Source of the DNA: Octopus sinensis
Lineage: Eukaryota
Direction: 5' to 3'
DNA: 64,000 bases
Assembly (NCBI RefSeq): GCF_006345805.1
Contig: NC_043008.1
Span: 66,836,001-66,900,000, forward strand
Under the pieces are notes generated by a model that saw nothing but the letters and a program-made list of their open reading frames with translations, did no database searches and was not told the origin of the DNA. This document shows positions 14,200-27,063 of the stretch, in pieces (positions within the stretch are counted from its first letter, which is position 1; each line of letters opens with the position of its first letter). The position numbers and the translations under genes are program-made.

Positions 14200-14540
14200 C
14201 TAATACACACACCAACTAATACATACTAATACGTACTAATACATACTAGTACATACTAATACTTACACCAACCCTATACATACACACGTCCAGACCCCGC
14301 ATACGCACTTATACTCTCTCACACACACACACACACACACCTATACATACCAATACGTACTAATACATACTAATACATACTAATACATACACAACCCCAT
14401 ACATACGCACGTCCACACCAATCCTACGCACTAATACTCTCTCATACACACACACACACACACACACACACCCTTATACATACTAATACATACACCAACC
14501 CTATACATACACACATCCAGACCCCTCCCACGCACTATTA
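14200..14540. repeat. Degenerate ~125-bp tandem repeat with ACATACTAAT subunits
   Basis: Three copies of accaaccctatacatacacac.tccagacc-like blocks. Confidence 0.65.
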
Positions 14541-14708
14541 GCTGGTCCCTCAACCCTTTTATCAACCCTATTATCTCCCCTTATTTCGCTCTCGCGTCTC
14601 ATGTTTGATCTTTGACCTCTGGCCGAAATCAGATCGCCATGTTGATTCGTTAGCTACTGCACGCATTTTTTTTCTCTCCTTCTTTCTGTGTTTTTCTCTC
14701 TCTGTGTA

Positions 14709-14746
14709 TCTTTCTGTTGAAGAGCGTAGGCTCGAAACGTTAAAGA
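14709..14746 (+). ncRNA. Minimal hammerhead-like motif with variant core CUGUUGA
   Basis: UCUUU CUGUUGA A GAGC-GUAG-GCUC GAAA CG UU AAAGA. It has a 5-bp stem I, a perfect 4-bp stem II and an ACGU palindromic stem III. A truncated sister copy lies at 970-995. Confidence 0.6.
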
Positions 14747-14843
14747 CTTGTTTTATTTATATTTCCTGAGCGCCATACTAATACAATTGTTCGTTTGTTT
14801 TCCACCTGCCTTCGTCTTTTGTTTATTTTCATAAAGCTTCCCG

Positions 14844-14876
<33 letters not shown>

Positions 14877-15201
14877 ATTATTTTTATTGTATGTGTGTAA
14901 CGTCCGTTTTTTTTTTCAGTCCTTGTTTTTGTATACATTCGCTGCTTTCTTCCAAAGAATCTAATGCTCTTAGCTTAGTTTTTTCCTTGGAGCTGGCCAG
15001 ACTGGAACGATCTCGAGTATAATCAGCCGAAATTGCGAGGATAATCTGGTGCTTGACTGAGGAAAGAAAACTTCGAATGATCCGTCCTTGTTTTCTTTGT
15101 ATCGTCTATCTGGATGTTTTGTTGTCCCATTTTTGTATCACCTGGCTGTCCGGATGTTTTGCGTTCTTGTTCCATTATATATATATCTGTGTTCTTGTCC
15201 C

Positions 15202-15266
<65 letters not shown>

Positions 15267-15286
15267 TTTATGTACTATTTTAGTAT

Positions 15287-15346
15287 ATTCTACTGACGAA
15301 GGCAGAGTAATTTTTATTGCTAAGCCAGAATCGTTCGATCTAGAAT
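15287..15346 (+). ncRNA. Hammerhead ribozyme with defective GAAA box
   Basis: AUUCUA CUGACGA A GGC...GCC AGAA UCG-UU-CGA UC UAGAAU. It has a 6-bp stem I and an AUC triplet, with AGAA in place of GAAA. Confidence 0.62.
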
Positions 15347-16439
15347 TAATCTCTAAAAAATCTCCCAAGGGGGGAGGTCTAAGAGGCACATGCTCCCCCC
15401 AAGAAAAGAAGTGCGCCCTTCTAAATAATATCATTACGCTCTTTTCTCCTGTAATTGTATTCCGACATCGCCGGAATTTGAAGTGAGTACGTGAAGAGTC
15501 GGAAGAAATGACGCTAAGCATTTTATCCGAGGCAGTAATGATGCCGCCAGCTAGCCACCTTATAGTTACCCTATAGACACACTCGCACACGCATGCGCAC
15601 ACACTCGCACACACATGCACACAAACACGGACACACATGTACACACACACACACATGAGTATGAGAAAATGTTTCGCAAAATTAAAATGGTGAATTTAGC
15701 AAAAGAAAAATATAACCGTGTTTGTGTTTGGTTGTATTCTTTACAATATTTATTTCTTTATCTTTCCTTTGTGAGTTCAAATCCCCACATAACTAAATTT
15801 TCCCTTTCATTCTTGTGGGATCGATGGTTTTATTATTATCGGTTTACTACAAACGATCGTTTTGAATGCATTATATTCCCAAGCCATTATAATTAAGTCA
15901 TTAACATTTTGTCCTGATAAAAACAAAAACAAAATCAATAATGCACAAAATATATCAAAAATTCAAAATAAAAAAATGTCGCAGACATAGTCATCTGACT
16001 CTTAAAGAATCGGTTAATCTTATAATTTATTATACGTTTTTTGTTACTTTAATTACTCTTTTTCTCATTTGTGAAAATTTCAGGCTTTTATCTTTCTTTT
16101 GTTACGCGTAACCCCGACTATCTCCATTGTCGATTCTGTCATATGGTATGATACTGTTGTATTATTTGGCTGTTCTTATGCAAATATTAGCTCTGGTAAA
16201 ATTAAATTCCTTTTGTGAGATGATTGACTTTGTTCGGTGTCATAACAAAGGCAAAAGAGACAAAGAGGAAAAAAAAAAAGCCGCGAAAGAAAAAAGGTTT
16301 TGGTAAGTGAGTGGTTGTTCAATTTGTTGTTAAGTAAACCTCTCAACATATCTTTTATCTTTCACCGTTTACTTGTTTCAGTCCTTGGATTGCACCGTGC
16401 TGGGACACTGCTGTGAAGTGTTTAATCTAAAAAGTCCAC

Positions 16440-16497
<58 letters not shown>

Positions 16498-16821
16498 ATA
16501 TTATTATTATTATTATTATTCTATGTTTGACTTTTGCTTTACATTTGCACAAGCTGGCTCCAAGTCTCACCCAGAGACAACAAGTTGGAAGTTCATGTTG
16601 GTGTTATGCCTAGGGTGCCATATATTTGGTTTTGTACTTAGTGTTGTACTAGTGAATGCCTAAAAGGCCATACGAAAATTATGTTTGTTTTTTAAAACTT
16701 GAGATTACAAAGAAAGTATTTTGCGTAGGATATGAGCAGTTCCCATGAGCACTATCTTTTGAATTTCTGCCATTTTTGGGTTTCCTGGTATCTGAGTTAG
16801 GTAGCAATCAGCCCCTTATTA

Positions 16822-16882
<61 letters not shown>

Positions 16883-16897
16883 ATCAGCCCCTTATTA

Positions 16898-16953
<56 letters not shown>

Positions 16954-16954
16954 T

Positions 16955-17445
16955 GAGTTCAAATTCCGTTGAGGTCGACCTTACCTTTCATCTTTTCGGG
17001 GTCGATAAATTAATTACCAGTGAAGCACTGGGGTCGATGTAATTGACTAGTCCCCCCCCCCACCTCCACACAAATTTCAAGCATTGTGCCTTTAGTAGAA
17101 AGGATTACTATAATTATTTAAAAAAAGGCGGCGAGCTGGCAAAATCGTTAGCACGCTGGGCAAAATGCTTAGCGACATTTTGCCTGTCTTTACTTTCTGA
17201 ATTCACATTCCAATGAGGTCGACTTTGCCTTTCATCCTTTCGGGTTCGATAAATTAAGCACCAGTTGCGTACTGGGATCGATCTAATCGACTGGCCTCCC
17301 CCACAAAAAAATTCCGCAGAGGTCGACTTTGCCTTTCATCCTTTCAGTGTCGATAAGTTAAGTAACAGTTACGTACTGGGGTCTATGTAATCCACTAGTC
17401 CCCTTCCACCAAATTTCAGGTGTGGTGCCTTTAGTCGAAAGGATT
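16955..17445 (+). mobile_element. Cluster of family-B SINE pieces next to (ATT)n
   Basis: Repeated gaggtcgactttgcctttcatcctttc segments; head aaggcggcgagctggc at ~17125. Confidence 0.78.
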
Positions 17446-17550
17446 ATTGTTATTATTGTAAGTTAAGTACTTATTCTCTCGGTTAATTTCGTCAAATCAC
17501 TAAGTTGCAGGGACCTAAACAAACCAATATCGGTTATCAAACTGTGTGAG

Positions 17551-17595
<45 letters not shown>

Positions 17596-17842
17596 TCTCT
17601 CTCTATATATATATATATATAAATTAATAATAAATATTAGGGAATAAATCCAAACTTACAGGGAAAAATCAGATTTAGGATTGAATCCAATTTTATAGTC
17701 AAATATTATATTATATTAAATTAGAGACAAAACCACTATTAGGCAAATCAAACAATGAAAAACTTAGGCCAATACATAAAATTATTTAATTTATATTATT
17801 TAAATATAAAACAAAATTATTAAAAGAATATAATTAATATCA

Positions 17843-17906
17843 CACTACGATCGTTTCATGCCTGCTAACATCTTCAAATTTTCGAGTCGCAGTCATTCAT
17901 CAGGTG
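17843..17906 (-). ncRNA. Mirror copy of the 17938-18001 hammerhead
   Basis: Reverse complement of the + copy in the other arm of the palindrome, with one substitution in the stem II loop region. Confidence 0.72.
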
Positions 17907-17937
17907 GTTTAAACCTCGCCAAGATAAATATTTAAAC

Positions 17938-18001
17938 CACCTGATGAATGACTGCGACTCAAAAATTTGAAGATGTTAGCAGGCATGAAACGATCGTAGT
18001 G
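17938..18001 (+). ncRNA. Hammerhead ribozyme, extended stem II, palindromic stem III
   Basis: CAC CUGAUGA AUGACUGC...GCAGGCAU GAAA CGAUCG UA GUG. The core is intact but stem I is only 3 bp. Confidence 0.72.
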
Positions 18002-18133
18002 TGATATTAATTATATTGTTTTTAATAATTTTGTTTTATATTTAAATAATATAAATTAAATAATTTTATGTTTTGGCCTAAGTTTTTCATTGTTTGATTT
18101 GCCTAATAGTGGTTTTGTCTCTAATTTAATATA

Positions 18134-18176
<43 letters not shown>

Positions 18177-18209
18177 TTAAATATAAGAGAATAAGGTGTG
18201 CGTACGCCG

Positions 18210-18274
<65 letters not shown>

Positions 18275-18293
18275 CTATATATATATATATATA

Positions 18294-18530
18294 TAAATGG
18301 AACAAGACGGCAAAACATTCAAATAGACGATACAAAAAACGCACGGGTCATTCGAAGCCTCTAATCTTCAGTCAAGAACCGGATCATCCTCGCAATTTCG
18401 GCTGATTTCAAGATTAATCAGCCGAAATTGCGAGGATGATCCGGTTCTCGACTGAAAATTAGAGGCTTCGAATGACCCGTCCGTGTTTTTTGTATCGTCT
18501 ATTTGAATGTTTTGCGTTCTTGTCCCATTT
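18294..18530. repeat. Palindrome, ~114-bp arms, 8-nt spacer, made from a dispersed repeat
   Basis: The centre is gctgatt-tcaagatt-aatcagc. A single related copy lies at 15019-15180. Confidence 0.88.
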
Positions 18531-18567
<37 letters not shown>

Positions 18568-18861
18568 CTACTAGCAGAAAGACCGCCCTCTGGGCGGCTT
18601 TCTGCTAGCCGCTTGATAATATTTTCACATTTGATTTCCAATTATAATAATTTTTATGATATTGACTGTCGTCCTGCCTTTGCATACCCTTTTCAGTCGC
18701 ATATTTTGGTATTCTTTCGGTTGAACCCACAGAAATGCCAAAATGGACAGCTGGCTTTTTTCTTTCATTTCCAAAAAGAAAATTTTTTTAGTTATTTACT
18801 TTTGTTTTAAAGTAAAAGAGGAGAGAAGGTGAAAGATGTATGCACGTGTATATGAAATGGA

Positions 18862-18892
<31 letters not shown>

Positions 18893-19056
18893 AAGAGTAT
18901 GAGTGAGTGAGTGAAGGGTTGTGTTGTCATGTATATATGTACATAAATAAATATGCATACATTTTTTGTATGTATGTGTGCGTGTGTGTGTGTAAGAGAG
19001 AGAGAGTGCGACTTAGACATCACTCTGTCTTTCTCTCTCTCACACACACACACACA

Positions 19057-19101
<45 letters not shown>

Positions 19102-19648
19102 GTACAGAATATTTAAATTTGTGAACTTGAAATATTCAATAATGAAAGGAAATTCAGAAAGCAAATTTTCTTGAAATCTTTCATTAATAAAAAATCTCAC
19201 TTGCTTAGTAAATATTTTTTCAGTAATTTATCGTAGCTGTTTGCAAATAGCGAATTACAACTTGAAAAAACCCCATTAAAATAGAGAATGAGTGATTTCG
19301 CAAATGAAAACAGAAAATTTCGCCTGCAACGGTTGCTACGCCAATAGCGGAAGTCGACATTAAAATACCTTTTTAAAGAAATGAATCATATATATATAGC
19401 ACTATTTATTTATTTTTAATAAAGAAAAAGAAAATGAAGAGCCTATTATGTATCCAAGGTCAAATTATTCATGTACCCCAAATATTGAGCCAATTTGCGC
19501 AGCCTTTCTCCCGTTAAAAGCGAATATACACGCAGAGAGGTTTATTTCATATATATATATATATATATATACATATATATATGTATGTATGTATATGTAT
19601 TAACATATACACACCCATATATATATATGTGTGTGTATATTAACATAT

Positions 19649-19695
<47 letters not shown>

Positions 19696-19700
19696 CATAT

Positions 19701-19731
<31 letters not shown>

Positions 19732-20310
19732 ATATATATATATATATAATATATATATATATATATAAAATACCCTGTCTGTGTGTGTGTGTCCTCAATG
19801 CACGCTCAAACCTCTGGAGCAATCTGTACCATACTAAGGGTACATGAACAATTTGACCATGGAAACAATAATACGGTCTCGATTTATTTTCTTTATTAAA
19901 AATAAATAATATTGCTCTATATATAAAGATTCACTTCTTCAAATCGTTTTCGCAACCTGCTGTGTTTAAACTTCCTGTCTTTGGCGTCCTAACCAGCTAT
20001 TAACACACACTCATATGTATACATCATTACAGTTGTGACGATTTCTGATAAAAAAAAGAATTTCTAAAGGTAATTTCATGCCAGAGAAAATAATTTCATA
20101 CGGAGATAGACGCCTTTTTCTCAATTAATTAAATGAAGTGCTGTATATTATACATTGATTTTCCAATAGATATTTTGGACATTTTGGGAACAAGATATTG
20201 ATATTTCGCATTTAAATCTCATGTGATTATTCTTGGCGCAAATTGACTTATTAACACCTTCAGTTAACTGTTTTGTCAATGTCAAAATAGTAACTAAGTA
20301 ATCAGCTATT

Positions 20311-20387
<77 letters not shown>

Positions 20388-21394
20388 CACACAGTACACA
20401 TCATTACAGTTGTGACGATTTCAGACAAAAAAGAATTCCTAAAGTTACTCTCATTTTTTATATTCTCTGGCTTTCTATTTGCGTAAAGATATATGCTTGT
20501 GTGTGTGCGTGAGAGAGAGAAGAGAGAGAGAGAAAATTTCATACGGAGATTTCAATTAATTGATCACTTGTCAACAGTCGTGGGGCAGGGGACAGAAACC
20601 TGTAGTTATGCCGGGCATAACTACAGATTTCTGCACCCCGCCCCGGAGTTCAGTTCGCTCAACTTTCAGGAAAATGGATATTTTTTAATGAGATTGACTA
20701 TGTAGATTCCGAGAATATAGGAATTTAGGGGGGAAACAATTGGGGGTTATTTTTGAGAACTGTTCCCCACTCGGGGTTGTTTCGGAACAAGTCGTCCATA
20801 TTTGTTACATTTTTTCTGTTTTGTGCTTTTGTCCATCCGTAGTTTTCTACTGACGCAACAGGAAACGAAGGCCAATGAAGCCCTCAGCAGATAACTCATG
20901 CTAAATATAACAGCTAAATTGTTATATACAGATATATAAACGACCGTGCGAAGGAGAGGTGACGAGACTAACTCCTTTAGTACACCACATGGTCGATACA
21001 ATAAATGCGAAATGGATAAATGCGTATAAGGAAAAGAGAGACACAACCGGTAGAATGTTAAGAGATTTTATTGATAGGGTAACGTGTGTGTCTGTGTGTG
21101 CATCATATATACATAATAATTGACGGGCCGTCAAGTATACATAAAGTGTATGTGTGTGAAAGTTAAGACGAATTGAAATGGACTCCGGTAAATTTTCCGA
21201 ACATCCTCTCTACCCTTTCCTAAAATACTCTCACCCCACCCGCCAAAAACTTTGTATTTTCGGAATCTACATGATATAACATGTTCGTAGAAAATTTTAC
21301 TAAAAATATATAATTTTTCTGAAAGTTATCATCATCCAAACTCGTGGGGAGAGGGACGCAGAAAGCCTATGGTGAGATGGTACCAACAGGCAAT

Positions 21395-22040
21395 GATGCA
21401 TGTCCTCCCAAACATTACACAAAACTTTAGCAACAGTCAATGGCTCTGTGAGGGAGCCATCTTAGCTCCACGTAATGATGCTGTCGACAAGATCAACTGA
21501 GATCTCTTGCAGCTGTTGCACGGACAAGAACAGTCTTCCAAATCCCTTGACACTGCCCCTGATCAGGACCAGGCTGTAGTATTACCAAAGGAGTTCCTGA
21601 GCTCTCTACATCTGGGATGCTGCCTCACCACTTAACACATTAAAAAGGGGTCTCCAATCATGCTGCTCAAAAATCTGGATCCACCTCGTCTATCCAATGG
21701 CACCAGACTGGTAATGAAAGCGATGCGACCCCATGTCCTAGAGATAACAATTATGACTGGGAACTATAAGGGTGTGGACGTCTTCATTTCACGGATCCCG
21801 TTAATCTAATATGACCTCCCCTTTGAATTTAAACGGTTCCAGTTCCCAGTGAAACTAAGTTTCGCTATTTCAATAAACAAGTCGCAAGGACAGTCTCTCA
21901 AGGTTGTTGGACTTCATCTTGCTTCTCTCATTGGCAATTATATGTAGGATGTTCGCTACTTGCAAGTCCCCAAAATCTTTTCATTTATACACCAATTAAA
22001 GAACACACACAAAACATCGTATATTTAGAAGCTCTAGATA
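21395..22040 (+). mobile_element. Helitron PIF1-like helicase pseudogene fragment
   Basis: VLPNITQNFSNSQWLCEGAILAPRND...PIMLLKNLDPPRLSNGTRL...RFQFPVKLSFAISINKSQGQSLKVVGL, with stops and frameshifts. Confidence 0.9.
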
Positions 22041-22514
22041 ATTAAACTGTGATTGATTTCTGGATTTATTTCAATACATTTCTCTTTATACTCATGTCGT
22101 TTGATAGGATTTTTGTGTACTTATTAACAGAACGAGTGAGCCCGCAGGCCGGTTCTTCTCAAATTTAGGCATTTTCGGGTTCAACGTGTTTCAAGTAAGT
22201 ACTGACCCCCTTGTATGTATGTGTGTATGTATGTATGTATGTATGTATTATGTATGTATGTATGTATGCATGCATGTATGCATGCATGCATGTATGTATG
22301 TATGTATGTATGTATGTATGTATGTATGTATGTATGTATGTATGTGTTTGTGTGTGTATGTATGTATTTGTGTGTGTGTGTAGTGAATTCGAGGATGTCA
22401 GGTCCTGATTAAGGATTAAATAATCCAAAAATTTCACTGATTATTCACTATCATATCAGGAGAAAGTCTCGGTGATATGTTAGGGATTATTATAGTAATA
22501 CATATTGTTCATAA

Positions 22515-22780
22515 TGATGAAAGGAAAGAAATGGAAAATTATGGATGTATAAATAATTTATTTGTATTAAGTAATGAGGTTGAAAGATTTTTTTATAAAA
22601 ACAATACAAATAAATTATAAATTATAAAGCTCTAAAAGAAAAGGCAGATGTAGATATTTGGCATCTGCCATTTCTTTTACAGCTTTATAATTTATAATTT
22701 ATTTGTATTGCTGTTATTAAAAAAATCTTTCAACCTCATTATGTCATATATCCATAATTCTCCATTTTCTTCCTTTCATC
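22515..22780. repeat. AT-rich foldback with ~120-bp arms
   Basis: The centre is aaggcagatg-tagatatttgg-catctgccat. The arms are imperfect reverse complements. Confidence 0.75.
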
Positions 22781-22964
22781 TTTCTCCCCCTCCCTCTTTC
22801 TCCCCCCCTCTCTCTCTACACACACACATACATACATACATACATGCATATAATTCTAATATAGGATAAAAATTTTTCAAAAAATTTCATCCAGTGCCCA
22901 GCATATTAAAATACCTTTTTAGGTGAAAATTATAAACAATTGTTTATGAACACACACACACACA

Positions 22965-23009
<45 letters not shown>

Positions 23010-24081
23010 AATGAAAAGAATGGAGTCGAACGAAGATTTTATCAAAATTCCTTTACTTTCGACATATGTTTCGAAGACTGCATATATATATATATATATA
23101 TGCGTCGAGCTTCCACAAAGTTTCTGTCAATCAGAATTACTTACAAGGCACTGGTCAACTCGGTGGGGGTGGGACTCCCATAGAAGATATTTGCCCAAGG
23201 TGCTACGCAGTGGGACAGAATCTGAAACCACATGGTTGCAAATCAACTTTCTTGACCACACGGGCATTCATTATGTATTTTTCATAAATAGCGAGTCTGG
23301 TTTCCTTTCATGACTAATTGCGAGTGTTTGTTTTGCGAATATTTCCTTCATACTAATGACAACAAGAAAAGCCTTAAAAGTTGCTAATTATCGCTTTCTT
23401 CTCCTCTGCCTATGAAGTTAATGAGGCCAATCATTTTTTAATGCATACCTTTGATTACCGGGAGATAAATCAATTAATTAAATTTATATCCATTAGTCCA
23501 AGAGTCAAATATGTCCAAGAGTCAAATATGTCATAAAATATCTTCTAGCAAGAATGTTCATCACCCAGCGCAGCCCTTGAGTTTGCCACTCATCCCACCC
23601 CGAAAACAATACAACCTATACAGGCTTACACAGCAGACCAAGCGTGTCTCCTCGGCGAGGAGACGTATATCATTTTAATTCATTTAATCAGAAGAAAAGG
23701 CAGTACTCATGACACATTTTTAGCTTGGGAGAGAGCACATAAAAAGGAAGGCGCCGTGACACATACTAAACAGTTCTCTTGTGGAGGCACGTGGCCTAGT
23801 GGTTAGAGCAGCGGACTCGCGGTCGAGGGTTCGCACCTCAGATAGTGTGTGTCTTTTTGTCTGTGTTTGTCCCCCACTATCGTTTGACAACTGGTGTTGG
23901 TATGTTTACATCCTCACCGTAACTTAAAGGTTTGTCAAAAGGGACTGATAGAATAAGTACCAGGCTTAAAATAAAGTAATAAGTACTGTAGTCAATTCAT
24001 TCGACTAAAAATCTTTTAGGGCGGTGCCCCAGCCTGGCTGCAGTCTAATGATAAAAAGAAGTAAACGATAAATGATAAAAG

Positions 24082-25742
24082 GGATCTGTTCAGTTCTGTT
24101 CACAGATTTTTTAATAATTTTTTTTTTAACTAAATAATTTGAAACTTCGTATACTGGTGTAATTTTTCACACAGAACACAGTTTACTTTGAACATTTTGG
24201 ACAAAATGTTGTATTTTAGAAGTTATTCCATGTTAAGATGTCGTATTTGTGTAATTCTAACCAATCAACTACGTGTATTCAGTTGAAGAAAGCTATTGCT
24301 CTCTGCGATAGTAATCGAAGGTGGAGGCGCAATGGCCCAGTGGTTAGGCAGCGGACTCGCGGTCATACGATCGCGGTTTCATTGTAAGTGTTTATTGAGC
24401 GAAAACAGTCAAATCTCCACGAGGCTCCGGCAGTGGATAGTAGCGAACCTTGCTGTACTATTTCACCACAACTTTCTCTCACTCTTTCTTCCTGTTTCTG
24501 TTGTACCTGTATTTCAAAAGGCCAGCCTTGTCACACTCTGTGTCACACTGAATCTCCCCGAGAACTACATTAAGGGTACACGTGTCCGTGAAGTGCTCAG
24601 CCACTTGCACGTTAGTTTCACGAGCAGGCTGTTCCGTTGATTGGATCAACTAGCACCCTCTAATCGAAGAGGAACAACTTCCGGGTCATCTCTACTAAAT
24701 GTCACCACTCTGTTCTCGTGCATTCCTTACTCTTTCCTTCTCTACTGGCAGACAGCCACTTCTACACTATCAACTACCAACTAGCGAGCGACTTTGTCAC
24801 TGCCACTATAATTACTATATTTTCCGGTGTATAAGCCGCTATTTTTTTTTACCTGTGTGCGGTTTATAGAAAAGTGCGCCTAATTAGTGTACTTTTCTAT
24901 AAATTTCAGGAGAAAAAATAATTTGTGTATGGAGATCGACTGATTCCACTGATTTTTTTCATAGGAAAGGTCGGTTGGTGAACAACGTGAAAGACTACGG
25001 CTACATTACATTGGTGCCTGGAAGAAAAAGCATATTTGTTTTTTTTTTTACCTTGATAATGTTATTTTTAATCTAATAAAGACTTTTATATTGACGAAAT
25101 CTTTTTGTTGTTGATTATAGTAAGATAAAGTCATAACAATAACAATACATCTCGTAGTTGTAAAATAAAGCATTTTGAAATTACTTACACGTCAACAACA
25201 AAAAAGCTAGCTGCGGAGCCGTAGCTCTACAGGTCATTTTAACACTGGTGCGCTTTATGTGTGGATAAAACCATAATTTTTCCCAAAATTCGGTCCCGAG
25301 GCTTAGATACCGATGTCGGGCAACGAATAAATATATGTAAATATTTCTTCCTTCTTGGTGTTGATTCTTCGATGTTTACTGGTTACTCCGACGCGAGAAC
25401 CAAAAATTAAAAGAAAAACCTGTAATATGCAACACAAACAGTAAACAAAAAATAAAATAGAACAGAGTGGTGACATTTAGTAGAGATGACCCGGAAGTTG
25501 TTCCTCTTCGATTGCTATCGCCAACAGCAGTAGCTTTCTTCAACTAAATACACGTTGATTGGTTAAAATTACTCAAATACGACAACTTTAACACGAAATA
25601 ACTTTTAAAACACAAAATTTTATCAACAATGTTTAAAGTAAACCGTGTTCTGCGTGAGAAATTATACCAGTATGCGAAGTTTCAAACTGTTTAGTTAAAA
25701 AAATAATTAATTAAAAATTCTGTGAATCAAAATGAACAGATC
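24082..25742. mobile_element. Foldback element with ~290-bp inverted termini and nested insertions
   Basis: 24082-24320 plus 24661-24716 is the reverse complement of 25459-25742. The left arm is split by a SINE. Confidence 0.75.
24321..24660 (+). mobile_element. tRNA-derived SINE (family C) with 9-bp TSD
   Basis: The A box is tggcccagtgg. The TSD taatcgaag is at 24312-24320 and 24661-24669. A related copy lies at 46870-47125 (-). Confidence 0.8.
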
Positions 25743-26310
25743 CGATAAAAGAGTTTCTCGTAACCAATCACGCCATCCGATAGAAGAATTTCTCGTGACC
25801 AATCACACTATCTCAAAAAATAAATTCAGAAAATGCAATTTCATATGAAACTACCGACCACCTACTTTTCCTTATACTTTACATTATTTGATAGTTTTCT
25901 AAACATCCATGGAATTTCCAAGGATGCAGTCAGTTAATATTTAATATTCTAAGTTAAGTAAATATGCTGCTATGTAGGCGAAAGATTGCGTGAAAACACA
26001 ACGATTAGAAAGAGAGAGAATGACTGAGAAGTGGACAGAAGGATGAATAACGATTGGAGAGGCAGCTAAGAAGAGGAAAGGAAATATAAAGGGAGGTAAT
26101 GTATAATAGGAGAAAGAAAGAAAGAAAGAAAGAGAAAGGAACGAAGGAGAAAAAGAGAGATAAAAAGAAAGAGAGAAAGGAAGGGAGAAGGAAAGAAGAG
26201 AGTAGGAAAAAGAGAAAAAGAAAAATACAGAAATATACAAAGAGATAAGAAAGAATAAGAACAAGAATGGAAACTAAAGACGAAAGAAAAGAATAAAAAA
26301 TAAAGACAGG

Positions 26311-26391
<81 letters not shown>

Positions 26392-26420
26392 GATAGAGAG
26401 ATGGATGGACGGATGGATGT

Positions 26421-26479
<59 letters not shown>

Positions 26480-27063
26480 TAGATAGATAGATAGATAGAT
26501 TGATAAAGATGGTGAAAAGTGTGTTTTCGTTGCCTTTTTATGTTATTACATGTAACTGTATTTTCACGTCTCCTGTCGTCATATTGTGTTTGCAATCTTT
26601 GCTCTGGAGTTCGTCGCCCTTCTTTCATACGACTTCCCTTTTTAATGTGTGTGACATAATATTATTTCTCTCCTCTGCCGTTTTGTTTAGTATTGACTAT
26701 CTGTGAAATAGCAATTGAAACAGTGCTTCTTAACAGATTTCAGAAAAGTGATATATCCAAAACGTGAGCGTTATAATGGAAACTTTTCAATGTGTAGCAA
26801 AAGTGAACAGAAAGCATTCATTTTATTGTTTAGGTTATTGTTTGTAATAAGATGCATGGAATCTGTATTTATCTTACTGAATAACTTGTTTGAAATCTTT
26901 CGCTTGTGGTTATTACTGTAGGATAATCTATTGACGTGAATGTCTATAGAATTAGAAATTATGTATTGCTTGAATCGAACAGAAACGTAAGTAGATATCT
27001 TGAAAGGCTTAATAATTTTCTTTTTAGGCTTGTTTTGTTTTTGTCTTCGTTATTGTAACGGTA

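Larger units (their letters stand above)
17704..18141. repeat. Near-perfect palindrome, ~210-bp arms, 17-nt spacer
   Basis: Arms are 17704-17913 and 17931-18141, with only a few mismatches seen by eye. Confidence 0.92.

Noticed and set aside
15050-15090. CTGAGGA...TTCGAATG motif (also CTGAAGA...GAATG at ~18345-18375 and 18450-18480) as a hammerhead
   Set aside because: It has GAAU rather than GAAA, and no consistent stem I or stem III pairing was found.
23050-23090. Minus-strand GAAA-CATATG-TC, resembling the 3' half of an HHR
   Set aside because: The 5' core is replaced by (TA)n, so the motif is too incomplete to call.
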